A stretch of 64,000 nt of DNA from Octopus vulgaris (taxonomy: Eukaryota): positions 65,844,001 through 65,908,000 of the forward strand of contig OX597820.1 of NCBI GenBank assembly GCA_951406725.2. The letters are read 5' to 3'. Position numbers and translations under genes: made by a program. Positions 27,893 to 41,520 of the stretch are shown piece after piece. The notes below the pieces were generated by a model, which saw only the letters and a program-made list of their open reading frames with translations, searched no databases and was not told where the DNA came from. Positions within the stretch are counted from its first letter, which is position 1; each line of letters begins with the position of its first letter.

Positions 27893-28099
27893 TTTTACTT
27901 GTTTCAGTCATTTGACTGCGGCCATGCTAGAGCACCGCGTTTAGTCGAACAAATCGACCCCAAGACTTATTCTTTGTAAGTCGAGTACTTTATTCTATCA
28001 GACCCTTTCGCCGAACCGCTAAGTTACGAGGACGTAAACACACCAACATCGGTTGTTACGTGATGATTGGGGACAAACACAGACACACACAAACAGACA

Positions 28100-28181
<82 letters not shown>

Positions 28182-28330
28182 ACGGACTTTTTTTTCAGTT
28201 TCCGTCTGCCAAATCCAATCACAAGGCTATGGTCAGCCCGAGACTATATTGACATTTCTGTAGGCACTTACCTAAGGTATCACGCATGGGACTGAACCCG
28301 GAAGCGTGTGGCTGGTGAGCAATCTACTTC
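27893..28330 (-). mobile_element. SINE family A, near full length
   Basis: Reverse complement of the family A body and tail. Confidence 0.8.
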
Positions 28331-28360
28331 TTTTAGAGAGAAAGACATACATACATACAT

Positions 28361-28395
<35 letters not shown>

Positions 28396-28426
28396 GGCAT
28401 ACAGACAGACAGACACGCATACAGAC

Positions 28427-28512
<86 letters not shown>

Positions 28513-29408
28513 TCACATAACTTGTCTCATGAACGTACATTAACGCTGGTCCCAAACTTCTGTGATATCTTCAGAACAGAAAGTATAAATTTACATAGAC
28601 AGCCTTCTATTGCCCAGTAGAGGCTTCAGAAAATCGCTCAATAAAGCCTACGTAAATCTTCCTTGAATGGTCTCTGTACAGATTCTAGCATACAGTAGAC
28701 ATTGAGCTGTATATTAATCATTTTATTAATCACTCAGCAGAAGTAAAGTCATCGTTGTCCAGCGACTGACCAGAGAGATTTAAACAAATTGTTAGCGCTA
28801 AACGTGGGCTGTGATGGACAACAATCTTGAAATGCTAGCCAGTATTGGAGAGATATTTGATATGCATGGATAGTTCCATGCTGGAATATTGAAACATATA
28901 TATTCATAATACATAAAGACGTACGCATTGAATGTATGTATGTATGTATGTATGTATGTATGTATGTATGTATGTATGTATGTATGTATGTATATATGTA
29001 TGTATGTATGCATGTATGTATATATGTATGTAAGTATGTATGTATGTATATATGTATGTATGCGTATATATGCACACAACACATACACGCACATATATGT
29101 ATATACACAAACACGCGCACATGCATATTTATTTATATATATATACACATATACATACATAATACATACACATGCTCATATATATATAAATAGATAGATA
29201 GATATATGCATGTATATGTGCATACATTGCTTCCTTGTATATGTGCATATTGATATATGTAAATGTATATATACTTCAATACACATTTGTAGGTGTATGT
29301 GTGTGTGTATTCCTGTGTGTGGTGCGGGTTTATATATATGTGTGTGTGTGTACGTGAATATATATTTATGTATATAGTCATACATACATACATACATACA
29401 TACATACA

Positions 29409-29488
<80 letters not shown>

Positions 29489-29841
29489 CGTATATGTGTG
29501 TGTGTGAGAGAGAGTTTGTATAAGATAATCATATAGACAGACAAACATACAAGCGTGTGTATGCTGTATGCATATAAGCATGAATATTGTTGATTAATTA
29601 ATTTTGACACTGTCTAATGTACCTAAGCCTACGTATGTATATAAATGCTTTCTTGTGCTTGTATGCTTAAAAGTGTGGGTCTCCGTGCGTTTGTACTGCG
29701 TGTGTATGTGTGTGTATGTGTGTATATGTGTGTGTGTGTTAAATATATTCATATATTCTCCTACATTTGTGTCTTTCCATATGTATAATATATCCTTTCA
29801 TTCTTAAATATGATTACTACGCACGCATTTATTTATTTATT

Positions 29842-29907
<66 letters not shown>

Positions 29908-29915
29908 CAATCATA

Positions 29916-29992
<77 letters not shown>

Positions 29993-29993
<1 letters not shown>

Positions 29994-31180
29994 GCTATAT
30001 AGACGATACAAAAGTATCGCAGAAAATACAGAACCCCAGTGATATTGCACACCTGCAGCAGGAGTTGGACCCATTTTACAGATGGGATGAGGATAATAAT
30101 ATGCAGTTTAATGCTGAACATTTCCGAGCCCTTCGCTACCAGCACCCAAAACTGAATATAAAACTTACTGGATACACTGGTGATTACAATCCTAGAGCCT
30201 AAATCAGTGAGGGACCGGGGTATCGACATAAATGATGATACCTCTTTCCAAGTGTACAATAGCAGGATGGCGACAAAGTGCAGACGACTTGCTAGATAGA
30301 TCCTGAGACCGTTCAGAACCAGAGAAAAGGAAACCATGATGGTCTGGAGGACATTCGTCCACAGCCACCTGGTCACCCAACAGCTATGGTCACCCAACAG
30401 TCTAAAATTAATAGCGGACCTTGAAGCAATCTAGCGAAGCCTCACAAAGAAGATCGTCTCATTGCAACAGCTCAGCTACTGGGGAAGGCTGAAATAGCTA
30501 AGACTCTATGTCTCTGGAGCGAAGGCGGGAGAGGTATGCAGTAGTATACATCTGGAAGATCCTGGAAGTAATCGTGCCAAATTTTGGCATTGAAAGCCAC
30601 ACCACTGCCAGAACGGGTCGACACTGCACAGTGCCAAAGATCCCAGCAATGCCATTGTGCTTCAGGGATCCACAGCTTTTTAATATTCTCCCAAAGAGCC
30701 TGAGGGACCTACACAAAGTGGATGTAGGTATTTTCAAATCAAAACTGGACCTCTTCCTGTCAAGAGTCCCAGATGAACCTACCTCACGGCAAGAGGTGCA
30801 AATAAGGGTAAGGATATCAAACTCCATTCTTCACCAAGTGCCACAAATTAGAGGAGGCTCCCAGTAATAGCAGTATATATTTTTTTACTGCCCACGAGGG
30901 GCTAAACATAGAAGGGACAAGCAAGGACAGACAAACGGATTAAGTCGATTATATCGTGCGAAACTGATACTTTATTTATCGACCCCGAAAGGATGAAAGG
31001 CAAAGTTGACCTCGGCGGAATTTGAACTCAGAACGTAACGACAGACGAAATACCGCTAAGCATTTCGCCCGGCGCGCTAACGTTTCTGCCAGCTCGCCGC
31101 CTAATACAGTAATAACAGTATAGCAAAACGGCAGTGTCCCAGTATGGCTACAGCTCTGAGCTGAGACTACAAAAAGAAAA
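29993..31180 (+). mobile_element. 5'-truncated CR1-group (CR1/L2/Daphne-like) LINE, degraded RT C-terminus and 3' UTR
   Basis: SYIDDTKVSQKI...LQQELD.FYRW...NNMQFN (RT motifs 5-7), and SLERRRERY..YIWKIL...PQLFNILP..LR...FKSKLD.FL...PDEP...SNSIL, with stops and frameshifts. The 3' UTR continues after a SINE insertion. Confidence 0.85.
30878..31106 (-). mobile_element. SINE family C inserted in the LINE 3' UTR, with 16-bp TSD
   Basis: Head GGCGGCGAGCTGGCAGAAACGTTAGC on the minus strand, flanked by CAGTAATAGCAGTATA (30862-30877) and CAGTAATAACAGTATA (31107-31122). Confidence 0.85.
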
Positions 31181-32135
31181 CAGATAGAAAAGAAATATGT
31201 GTGTATTTTAGAAAGTTATAAATTACGTCCAGTGATAGAGTGACCATTGGTTTCGCACCTATAAAGCGCTTAGCAGTATAGGCGAGTTGTCAGATTCAAA
31301 TAGCTGAAAGCATATATGATGGTTGTCCACTCCTGATCCAAAGAAGTCTATTACTGACTATTGCCCATGCAAAATGCCAAAATACTCGTACATGAGGTTA
31401 TTGCACCTACAGTCGGTTTCACCCGCGTTCGCATCCACGGCTTCCACACTGACCACGGCGACCTCTTACACGTACATATATATCCGACGAGAGATCATGT
31501 CCGAAACGTTATACTTTCACACTCTAATTTCTTCATTCAATATGAGCGCCACCTTAATAATAGCAACTGTTAACGTCCCTTAAACTCTGTTGTTTTTCTT
31601 ATTTCTAGTTACTTTGCCATATATTTCTTCATTGGTTCGTACTCATTTTACTGTTTATTTGTTTTTGTCCTTGTCCGTGTTGCTGTAGCTTATCAGATAT
31701 ATGATCAAATCAGATATGAACAAGCAGCCCGCTGAAGTTTGGGCATATCGTTTTAGAAAATGAAGATCACACGATAATATAATTTATCTAAAACCTTAGC
31801 TTAGCTCGTGTATAAAAGGCAGTATCAATAACTCTTTTCGGGATCTCCTAAGACGATTTTATAACCAGAAGCATGGCTGAAATGCTTGCAACATTGTTAA
31901 CTCCGTAAAATGCACTCAAGAATCAGTCAGAGAACAAACGCAGAATGTGTGGGAAAATGAGACGAAAGGATTAACCATCTATTGATTGAAGCAACAAACT
32001 AGCAAGCGCTAAAACAGCATAACCTCAGGCTACCTTTTGTGAAAGACCGATGACTGATGTCATCGTTTCACTTGGAAAGAAACACAGTTTATTCCGGTTT
32101 AATTTTGAATGTTTCAGCATTTACTATCTTTGAAT

Positions 32136-32184
<49 letters not shown>

Positions 32185-32227
32185 TAACAATAATAATAAT
32201 AATAATAACAATAATAAAATAATAATA

Positions 32228-32290
<63 letters not shown>

Positions 32291-32293
<3 letters not shown>

Positions 32294-32614
32294 GCCATGT
32301 GTTGAGAAGGATTCTTTGGGGTTTGAATAATTCACCTCTGGAAACATGGGTGTTTCGTTCAACGTCTTTAAACAACCCTTATTCAGGGACCTTTTGAGCG
32401 GGATGGGTTACTCGATCTGAAGAAAATTCTAACTGGGCTCCACCTGCAAGGTCATGTGCTGTTTATCTTGATATGAGATCACCATGTCGCGCACATATGG
32501 TTGTGATGCATGTGCCTGGTGTACCCTTATCAGACGGGTAGTCATGATGGGTATACTGGGCTTCGTATATTTTACCCCAGTGTCACTTTGATGGCATGCT
32601 CTGCTCGCTCACTC

Positions 32615-32649
<35 letters not shown>

Positions 32650-33935
32650 TGATGATGATAATAATAATAATAATTCTTTCTGCTTTAGACACAGCAAATT
32701 TAGGAATAAGTGAATAGTTGACTACAACAAAGCCAGTACTCAACTAGTACTTACTTTGCAACAAAAGGCGAAAGACGAAGTTGACTTCGGCGTCATTTGA
32801 ACTCGGAATGTAACGAGCCGGAAGAAATGCCGCTAAGATTTCGTCCGATGCGCTAACGTTTCAACTAACTCACCATCTTAACAAAAACAACAACAATAAC
32901 AATGGTTTCAGATTTTGGCACAATGCCAGCAATTTCGAGGAAGGAGCTAAGTCGATTACATCGACCTCGGTGTTCAACTGGTACTTATTTTATCGACCCC
33001 AGAAGGTTGAAAAGTTAAGTCGACCACGACGAAATTTGAACTCGGAACCTAAAGACGAACGAAATGCCGGTAAGCATTTTAGCCGGCATGTTAACAATTC
33101 CACTAGCTCGCCGACTTAACAACAACAATAATAATAATGTTTCAAAGTTTTGGCACAAGGCCAGTAATTACGGGAAAGGGGTAAGCCAATTACATCGACC
33201 CTCAAGGCTTAACTCGTAAATATTTTATCGATCCCGAAAGGATGAAAGACGAAGTCGACCTCGGCGAAATTTGAACTCAAAGCGTAAAAACGGACGAAAT
33301 CCTTAACGGCATTTCGTCTGACACACTAACGGTTCTGCAAGTTCACTACCTTAACAACAGCAGCAGCAGCAGCAATAATAATAATAATAATAATAATGAT
33401 AATAATAATAATAATATTCTGATCTTAACTGACTGGAAGTGTTATCATGTACATTGTTTTGTCTTGGTATAAAAGATGGGCTACAGCAAATATTCTGCTC
33501 AATACCACAGATTTGCTTGTCAGTTGTTTGACCTTAACCAGTTGAGCATGTCCCTTAGTGGCTGACGATATGTGCATCTCTGATCACGAGCAGAAGTAGT
33601 GGGGGAGCATCATAGCCATGTGTTGTGAGGGATTCTTTGGGGTTTGAATAATTCACTTCTGGAAACATGGGTGGTTCTTTCAACATCCTTAAACAACCCT
33701 TATTCAGGGACCTTTTGAGCGGGATGGGCTACTCAACCTGAAGAAAATTCTAACTGGGCCCCACCTGCAAGGTCATGTGCTGTTTATCTTGATATGAGAT
33801 CACCATGTCGCGCACATATGGTTGTGATGCATGTGCCTGGTGTACATTTATCAGACGGGTAGTCATGATGGGTGTATTGGGCTTCGTATATTTTACCCCA
33901 GTGTCACTTTGATGGCATGAACTGCTCTCTCACTC

Positions 33936-33999
<64 letters not shown>

Positions 34000-34140
34000 T
34001 CTTTCATTGGCCATAAGGGCTCACATAAAATTGCTTTAAAAGACATACAATACAAAAGGCAAAAACAGGACGATACAATGAGTTTTACAATGGGTATACA
34101 CAATGTAATAACAATAAAAATTGAACAAATTAAAACTCCC

Positions 34141-34196
<56 letters not shown>

Positions 34197-34786
34197 TAAC
34201 AATAATAATAATAATAATAATAATAAAAACATGCCCTGATGCAGTACCAGGCAGTGGCTCTCATGGCTTCTGATCTTAACTGATTGGAAGTGTTATCATG
34301 TACATTGTTTTGTCTTGGTATAAAAGATGGGCTACAGCAAATATTCTGCTCAATACCACAGATTTGCTTGTCAGTTGTTTGACCTTAACCAGTTGAGCAT
34401 GTCCCTTAGTGGCTGACGATATGTGCATCTCTGATCACGAGCAGAAGTAGTGGGGGAGCATCATGGCCATGTGTTGAGAGGGATTCTTTGGAGTTTGAAT
34501 GGTTCACCTCTGGAAACATAGGTGTTTCGTTCAACATCCTAAAGCAACCCTTATTCAGGGACCGTTTGAGCAGGATGGGCTACTCAACCTGAAGAAAATT
34601 CTAACTGGGCCCCACCTGCAAGGTCATGTGCTGTTTATCTTGATATGAGATCACCATGTCGCGCACATATGGTTGTGATGCATGTGCCTGGTGTACCTTT
34701 ATCAGACGGGTAGTCATGATGGGTATATTGGGCTTCGTATATTTTACCCCAGTGTCACTTTGATGGCATGAACTGCTCTCTCACTC
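32291..34786 (+). mobile_element. Cluster of three 5'-truncated (AAT)n-targeted retroelement ends (32291-32614, 33417-33935, 34231-34786)
   Basis: Near-identical copies with a shared 3' end, different 5' ends and (AAT)n on both sides. Assignment to Dong/R4 rests on the known (TAA)n target preference of that clade. Confidence 0.75.
32700..33352 (-). mobile_element. Three head-to-tail diverged SINE C copies separated by (AAC)/(AAT) runs
   Basis: Body AAGTCGAC...ATTTGAACTC repeated at about 32780, 33020 and 33255. Confidence 0.75.
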
Positions 34787-34827
<41 letters not shown>

Positions 34828-34834
34828 TAAAAGT

Positions 34835-35070
34835 AATAGGTAAAGTATCAGAAGTTATCAAGAGGAATATAAAGGAAATTGGAATAGAGAATCCAGTAGA
34901 ACTGTTACAATAGGTTTGGTTCCCTGGCACGGCCAGAATAATCAGTGAAGTATTATATAGCTGAAAAGAATGGATAGCATAGTACCGTAGGCTGCAAGTA
35001 GTAAGCCCGCTACGCAAGAAAGACTCCATGAGCTCCAACAAAACCTGTGATAAAATGAAATAATAATAAC
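34835..35070 (+). mobile_element. 3' end of an RLE-type (Dong/R4-like) non-LTR retrotransposon
   Basis: Translates IGKVSEVIKRNIKEIGIENPVELLQ*VWFPGTARIISEVLYS*, resembling the 'LQK..LLGTARIIRKVL' C-terminus of restriction-like-endonuclease elements. Flanked by (AAT)n. Confidence 0.65.
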
Positions 35071-35742
35071 TCTTTCTAGTATAGGCTCAAGCCGTGAAAT
35101 TTGGGTGTGGGGGATAATCAATTACATCGACTCCAGTGCATAACTGGTATTTTTTTCATCTACCTCGGCAAAGTCGACCTCGGCGGAATTTTAACTCAGA
35201 ACGTAGCGACGGTGCGAAATACCGCTAAGCAATTTGTCCGGTGTGCTTCCGAATAATGTGTCCCAGCATGGCCGCTGTCGAATGACTGAAAAAAAAAAAT
35301 AATAATAATAATAACAACAACAACAACAGTAACATTATTTCCCCCGTCCCCGTCATAACACCCATCCCTCCACAACGATCTGCCACCGACCAACTAACAG
35401 CCATCCCACACTTTCCTTCATCTAACCATTAACCTGGCAGCCGAGTGCCATTCTCGGGAATGACTGGGGATGGTTAGTCAGTAACGTGTAAGAGAGAGGC
35501 TCGGAGGAACAACAGATAGAAAAAACACCCCTGGGTCTCATAAAGTAATCAAGGAAGGATTTAGCGGACATAAAAAATGGTCGCCATTGCCCTCTTCTGG
35601 ATTTCATTTCCGTTGGTCATAAGTAGATATTTAACATATGTCCACCAGATCACGTGATCTCGGCCTGCCAAGCGGAAAGAAAACACTGAGCTTTTATGGC
35701 AGCGGTTTAATTATAATGTATTTATTTGTATGTGGCTGTCCT

Positions 35743-35776
<34 letters not shown>

Positions 35777-35947
35777 TGTGTGTATTAATGTGTGTGTGTG
35801 TTTATGCCCCTGAGTTTCGTTGTTGACGTTTATGAGGATGACAGATATATAGCATATGCGTGTTTGTGTGGTGTATATGTTTATTTATATATGTGTGTAT
35901 GTGTGTATGTATGTGTGTGTGTATATATATATATACATGAATGTATG

Positions 35948-35983
<36 letters not shown>

Positions 35984-35984
35984 C

Positions 35985-36068
<84 letters not shown>

Positions 36069-36069
36069 C

Positions 36070-36119
<50 letters not shown>

Positions 36120-36401
36120 ATGTGCGTGTATGTGTGTGTGTATTTATGCGTGTGTGTATGTCTATATGTAGGTATATAGGCAGAGAAAGAAGGGGAGAGC
36201 TATATATATATATATATATATATATATACGTAGATAGATAGAATTGATATATGTATATATTTATATACATACATATGTATGTATATGCGAATGTATGTAT
36301 GAATTTCGGTATATGTGTGTGTGTATGTATATATGTATGTGTGTATGTATACATTTATGTATGAATGCATGCTTAGGTAGATAGATAGATAGATAGATAG
36401 T

Positions 36402-36444
<43 letters not shown>

Positions 36445-36829
36445 GTATTTTTTCAGGGAAACTAACATCCGTTAACTCATCTACCAGGTATTGCTTTAAC
36501 ATCAGTTAGCTACACATGCTAGAAATAGAATCGTTTTATTTTCATTGCTGAAACATAAAGACGACGTTGTAAGTGAGTGGTGTCAACCGACCAGATTGGT
36601 GTAGTATATAAGTGATCTGATCACAAAACAAGAGATTTATAACAGTTAGCGCAAGCAACATTACCAACAAACAACAAAATAATTGCTGTTTCTGATGTGT
36701 ATAAATTCAGAAGTGGATGCCGTAGCTGGAATCCTGCATCTGTTTAGCAAACTGTGGAAATAAGATTGTTCGATGGGAGCTGTCTTTGAGCTAAACAAAA
36801 GCAACGAACTAATTGGTGCAATTAATAAT

Positions 36830-37818
36830 CTTTCTACTATAGGCACAATGCCTGAAATTTGTCGGGAAGTGGATAGGTCGATTACATCGACACCAGTGCG
36901 TAACTGGTACTTAATTTATCGGTCCCGAAAGGATGAAAGGCAAAGTCGACCTCGGCGGAATTTGATCTCAGAACGTAGCGGCAGACGAAATACCTATTTC
37001 TTTACTACCCACAAGGGGCTAAACACTGAGAGGACAAAGACAGACAAAAGGATTAAGTCGATTATATAGATCCCAGTGCGTAACTGGTACTTATCTAATC
37101 GACCCCGAAAGGATGAAAGGCAAAGTCGACCTCGGCGGCATTTGATCTCAGAACGTAGCGGCAGACGAAATACCTATTTCTTTACTACCCACAAGGGGCT
37201 AAACGCTGAGAGGACAAAGACAGACAAAAGGATTAAGTCGATTATATCAACCCCAGTGCGTAACTGGTACTTATCTAATCGACCCCGAAAGGATGAAAGG
37301 CAAAGTCGACCTCGGCGGAATTTAAACTCAGAACGTAACGGCAGACGGAATACCGCTAAGCACTTCGCCCAGCGTGCTAACGTTTCTGCCAGCTCACCGC
37401 CTAAAAATACCTATTTCTTTACTGCCCACAAGGGGGCTACACACAGAGGGGACAAACAAAAACAGACAAACGGATTAAGTGGATTATATCGACTCCAGTG
37501 CGTAACTGGTTCTTATTTAATCGACCCCGAAAGGATGAAAGGCAAAGTTGACCTCGGCGGAATTTGAACTCAGAACGTAGCGGCAGACGAAATACCTATT
37601 TCTTTACTACCCACAAGGGGCTAAACACAGAGAGGACAAACAAGGACAGACGAACGGATTAAGTCGATCATATCGACCCCAGTACTTATTTAATCGACCC
37701 CGAAAGGATGAAAGGCAAAGTCGACCTCGGCGGAATTTGAACTCAGAACGTAACGGCAGACGAAATACCGTTAAGCATTTCGCCCAGCGTGCTAACGTTT
37801 CTGCCAGCTCACCACCTT
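36830..37818 (-). mobile_element. Multimeric SINE C array (2 heads, 5 bodies, about 180-bp unit)
   Basis: Repeated CGACCCCGAAAGGATGAAAGGCAAAGTCGACCTCGGCGGAATTTG units. The core resembles the MetaSINE domain (recall). Confidence 0.85.
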
Positions 37819-39043
37819 ATTGAGGCAATTAAAAACGACATTAAATTAAGGTACTAATTCATTGCGGAGAATAATTACATGGAAGAGTTACATCACATCG
37901 CTGTATAATATTGCTGCAAATTATTGCGCCATACCACAACATCAAATTACTCCTCTGCACATTATAACTGCACCAAATTATACCATCATTTCAATGCACC
38001 AGATCCGTGCACCAAATCTTTACACCAGCTCATACCGACATATCACTGCATCAAATAACTATGGCAGGACGCTGCGCCAACCAGTTGCACTACATTCATT
38101 TAAATCATTCGCTGCTCCTAATTATTCGCTGCATATTTTTCATGTTGAAAATAACCTGTTAAATATTAAACCCTAACACGGTGCTTTGTGTAATACCACC
38201 ACTTGGAACTTCAGTGTCTTCTTAGAGTATTTCCACCCGTTTCAGGCATACCCAGGCCACATTTCTAACACTTGCTCCCACCCACCTAGCACGCCAATAC
38301 AACCATAGATCACTTTCTGTAACAAATTCAAAACAACTGTATTTCACGAATACCTAATTAACCCATTAATTGGGAGATTTTTACATCAATTGCCCCCACC
38401 CCTTTTGGTCACCCATTATCGCCCCACTTTTCTTCAATATGCCCTAGATCTATCCACTGCCCCAAAGGGAGCAATACCGTCCACTTTCGGAACTACTTGT
38501 CCAAAGATACTTGATACTCAGTTTCTCTGTCACATTTTAGCCACGCCAGTTTCGGAAGCTCACAAAGGTCATAAATTTTACCCTCTCACCTCTGACATTT
38601 ATTTATTTATTTATTTTAATTGTTCCCTATAACACATAAGGGTGGTTACTCGGTTTCCATGTCGTTTCAGGCCAGTAATTTTGAAAGGAGGGGATTAGTC
38701 GACTCCAAAAACACTAGCACTTGACTGGTAATTTATTTTATCGACCCCCGAAAGCATAAAAAGCAAATATGCAGAATTTGTAATCAGAAGGTAAAGAGCC
38801 GGAAGAAATATCGCTAAGCAAGTTGACCGGTGAGCTAACAATTCTGCCAAATCGCTAGTCTATTTCTAGCGTGTTTGTGGGGTTTATTCGCACTCTTTAA
38901 TATAATTGTATCATAACTATAAATTAGTATATACGTATATGTGTGTGTATGTATATGTGTGTGTGTGTGCTTGCGTGTGTATGTATATGTGTGTGTGCTT
39001 GCGTGTGTATGTGTATGTATGTGCGTGTGTGTATATATATATA

Positions 39044-39539
39044 ACGTAAATCCTCGAGTATAGTCCGCCCTTGAGTAAAATACGCAGGTGATTTTTAGGG
39101 GGTTGCCCCTCTGGAAAACCTACACCTTGTGTATAATACGCACCCCTTCTCTAACCTGAGTCGTGCATAATTAAACCATCAGCATCTAGTCGAACAAACA
39201 CTTCCGTGCATGCATAATACAATAATGGTGATGTTCTTAACTGTTATATGGAAATGTAAATATGTTTGCGAATTGTTTTTGTTACATGTTATTCTGTGTT
39301 CTGAATACTTTTATTTTAATAACTTCTTTTCTGACTTCATTGCTTTCAGGCTTAGCTTAAGGTATTTTCGCGCCCGACATCACAAAATGCGTCTGAATAA
39401 ACATTGCTGGACAGCAAATAGAGACTCTGACATTGCTTAGAAAATAATTTTCATTTTTAACCTCGTATATAGTACACACTAGGGATTTTGACCATAAAAT
39501 TTTGGGAAAAAAGTGCGGATTATACTCGAGGATTTACGG
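39044..39539. mobile_element. pogo/Tc2-type MITE (about 496 bp)
   Basis: Terminal inverted repeats ACGTAAATCCTCGAGTATAGTCCGC / GCGGATTATACTCGAGGATTTACGG, inserted in a (TA)n tract. No ORF. Confidence 0.8.
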
Positions 39540-39889
39540 AATATATATATATGTATGTGTATATATATCTATATATATGCATACGTACATATATATATAT
39601 GCATACATACATATATATATATATATGTATATATGTGTATATGTGTGCGTATGTGTGTGTGTGGAAAAACGTCGAGGTAGAAAATGCTGAAATAATTTTA
39701 TAAAAACATTTCAGTACCGGTTTCAGTCATTGAGACTGAATATTTGAGACTTAAAATAATATTTGCATAGTATTCAAATACAAGAAGCATTTTCCTTGAT
39801 TCTGCCTGTCTCTGTCTCTCTTGTTTTGTGTATATATGGATGTGGTTTGTATAGCCATTTGCTGTCTATCTATATATATGTTTGCATGT

Positions 39890-39950
<61 letters not shown>

Positions 39951-40653
39951 TGTGTGTGTGTGCGTGTGTGCGTGTGTGTGTGCGTGTGTTCTTTTATTCT
40001 TTTACTTGTTTCTGGCCATGCTGGGTTTTAATCGAAGAAATCGACCCCAGGACTTACTCTTTGTAAGCTTACTACTTATTCTATGGGTCTTTTTCCGAGC
40101 CACTAAGTTACAGGCACATATACAAGACGGGCCTCTTTCAGTTTACGTCTACTAAATCCGCTCACAAGGATTTGCTAGGCCAGGGGTTATAGCAGAAGAC
40201 TGTTGCATAAGGTGCCACGCAGTTGGACTGAACCTGGAACCATGTGGACGGGAAGTAGGCTTCTTAGCGCAACGGTCTTCCAAACAGTTTCCACTATCCA
40301 AATTTGATTCACATGGAATCTGTCGACTTGGGGGATATAACACGACACCATTTGATTGCAGAGCGAGCCTCTTAACCGCACAACCATGTATGCCTATACA
40401 AAACAAGCACAGACTCTACAACTGGATTTATAAATGTTTCTGTCGATCAGATTTCACTTACTTTACCCAACAAGGATTACCCCAATGTCATGAAAGAAGT
40501 CATATAAAGCGATGAAATTCTGGTTAGATTCTGAAAAAGAATTTTGCAAAAGGAATTTGTTAGTCACGCAACTAACTACACTGATACCCCTCCTAGCAAC
40601 CGTGCTACTGTCAGTGTCATTGCATGAAATATTCAACAAAACAATCATAGCGA

Positions 40654-41118
40654 TTATTGTGTCTTGAAAGGGTTGTTGTGTTTTGGGAGGGTCTTTACGC
40701 CAATAATAAATAACACACGCACTGGTTCGATATCACTTCTTTATTGTTTGTCAAATGTTTAAATATCTTACCAACTAACTTACCGATCGTTTGTTTAATG
40801 TGCTAGTTAAGCAATCAATCGGTTGATTGGTTGTCAAATTCCTTCCATCTATCTCAGAATTAGTCTTAGTTAAGACTAATTCACAGATAGACTTAATAGA
40901 GATCTTGAAGAGAGGTGGCATGTCATTAACGTGGTCGTGGATAGCGACGAAAGGACTGTCACAAACAAACAACCGATTGATTGGTCAACCAGCAGATTAA
41001 ACAAACGATCGAGTAGTTTGTTGGTTAGATAATTAACCAATTGGTTAACAATAAAGAAGTGGTATCGAACTAGTGCGTGTGTTATTATTGGCGTAACGAC
41101 CTTCCCAAGACACAATAA
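40654..41118. mobile_element. Foldback/long-inverted-repeat element
   Basis: Imperfect arms of about 150 bp or more (TGTGTTTTGGGAGGGTCTTTACGCCAATAATAA...CACACGCACTGGTTCGATATCACTTCTTTATTGTT versus its reverse complement ending CTTCCCAAGACACAATAA). Inner hairpin GAATTAGTCTTA-GT-TAAGACTAATTC at 40857-40882. Confidence 0.75.
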
Positions 41119-41447
41119 GATTTGTTTCAACACACTAATTCACATAAAGAATCTTGCTAACCAAATACAAAAACGAAGAAATATCATGATAATTATTTCC
41201 AAGAATGATGAAGGTATTTATTAAAATCTTTCGCTTGATACCGACCAATTTAATATGTCAGATAAAGAAGATATAGATAAACCAAGGATGAAATCAGAAG
41301 GGAGGTTTACGGCTGGAACACGAGAAGGGCATGTGAAAACGTAACATTTGAATTAGAACTACCTTGGGGTTAGTCAACAGCAGCAACTGCAGTATAAACA
41401 TTTCTCTTGTTTTCTCTCCTCTCTCTCTCTCTCTATGTATGTATGTA

Positions 41448-41516
<69 letters not shown>

Positions 41517-41520
<4 letters not shown>

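Noticed and set aside
31480-31515. CCGACGAG...CGAAACGTT hammerhead-like motif
   Set aside because: U4 is replaced, stem II is poor and stem I is only AT-repeat pairing. At most a decayed remnant.
36773-37567. 98- and 163-aa ORFs with internal repeats
   Set aside because: Antisense translations of the SINE C multimer.
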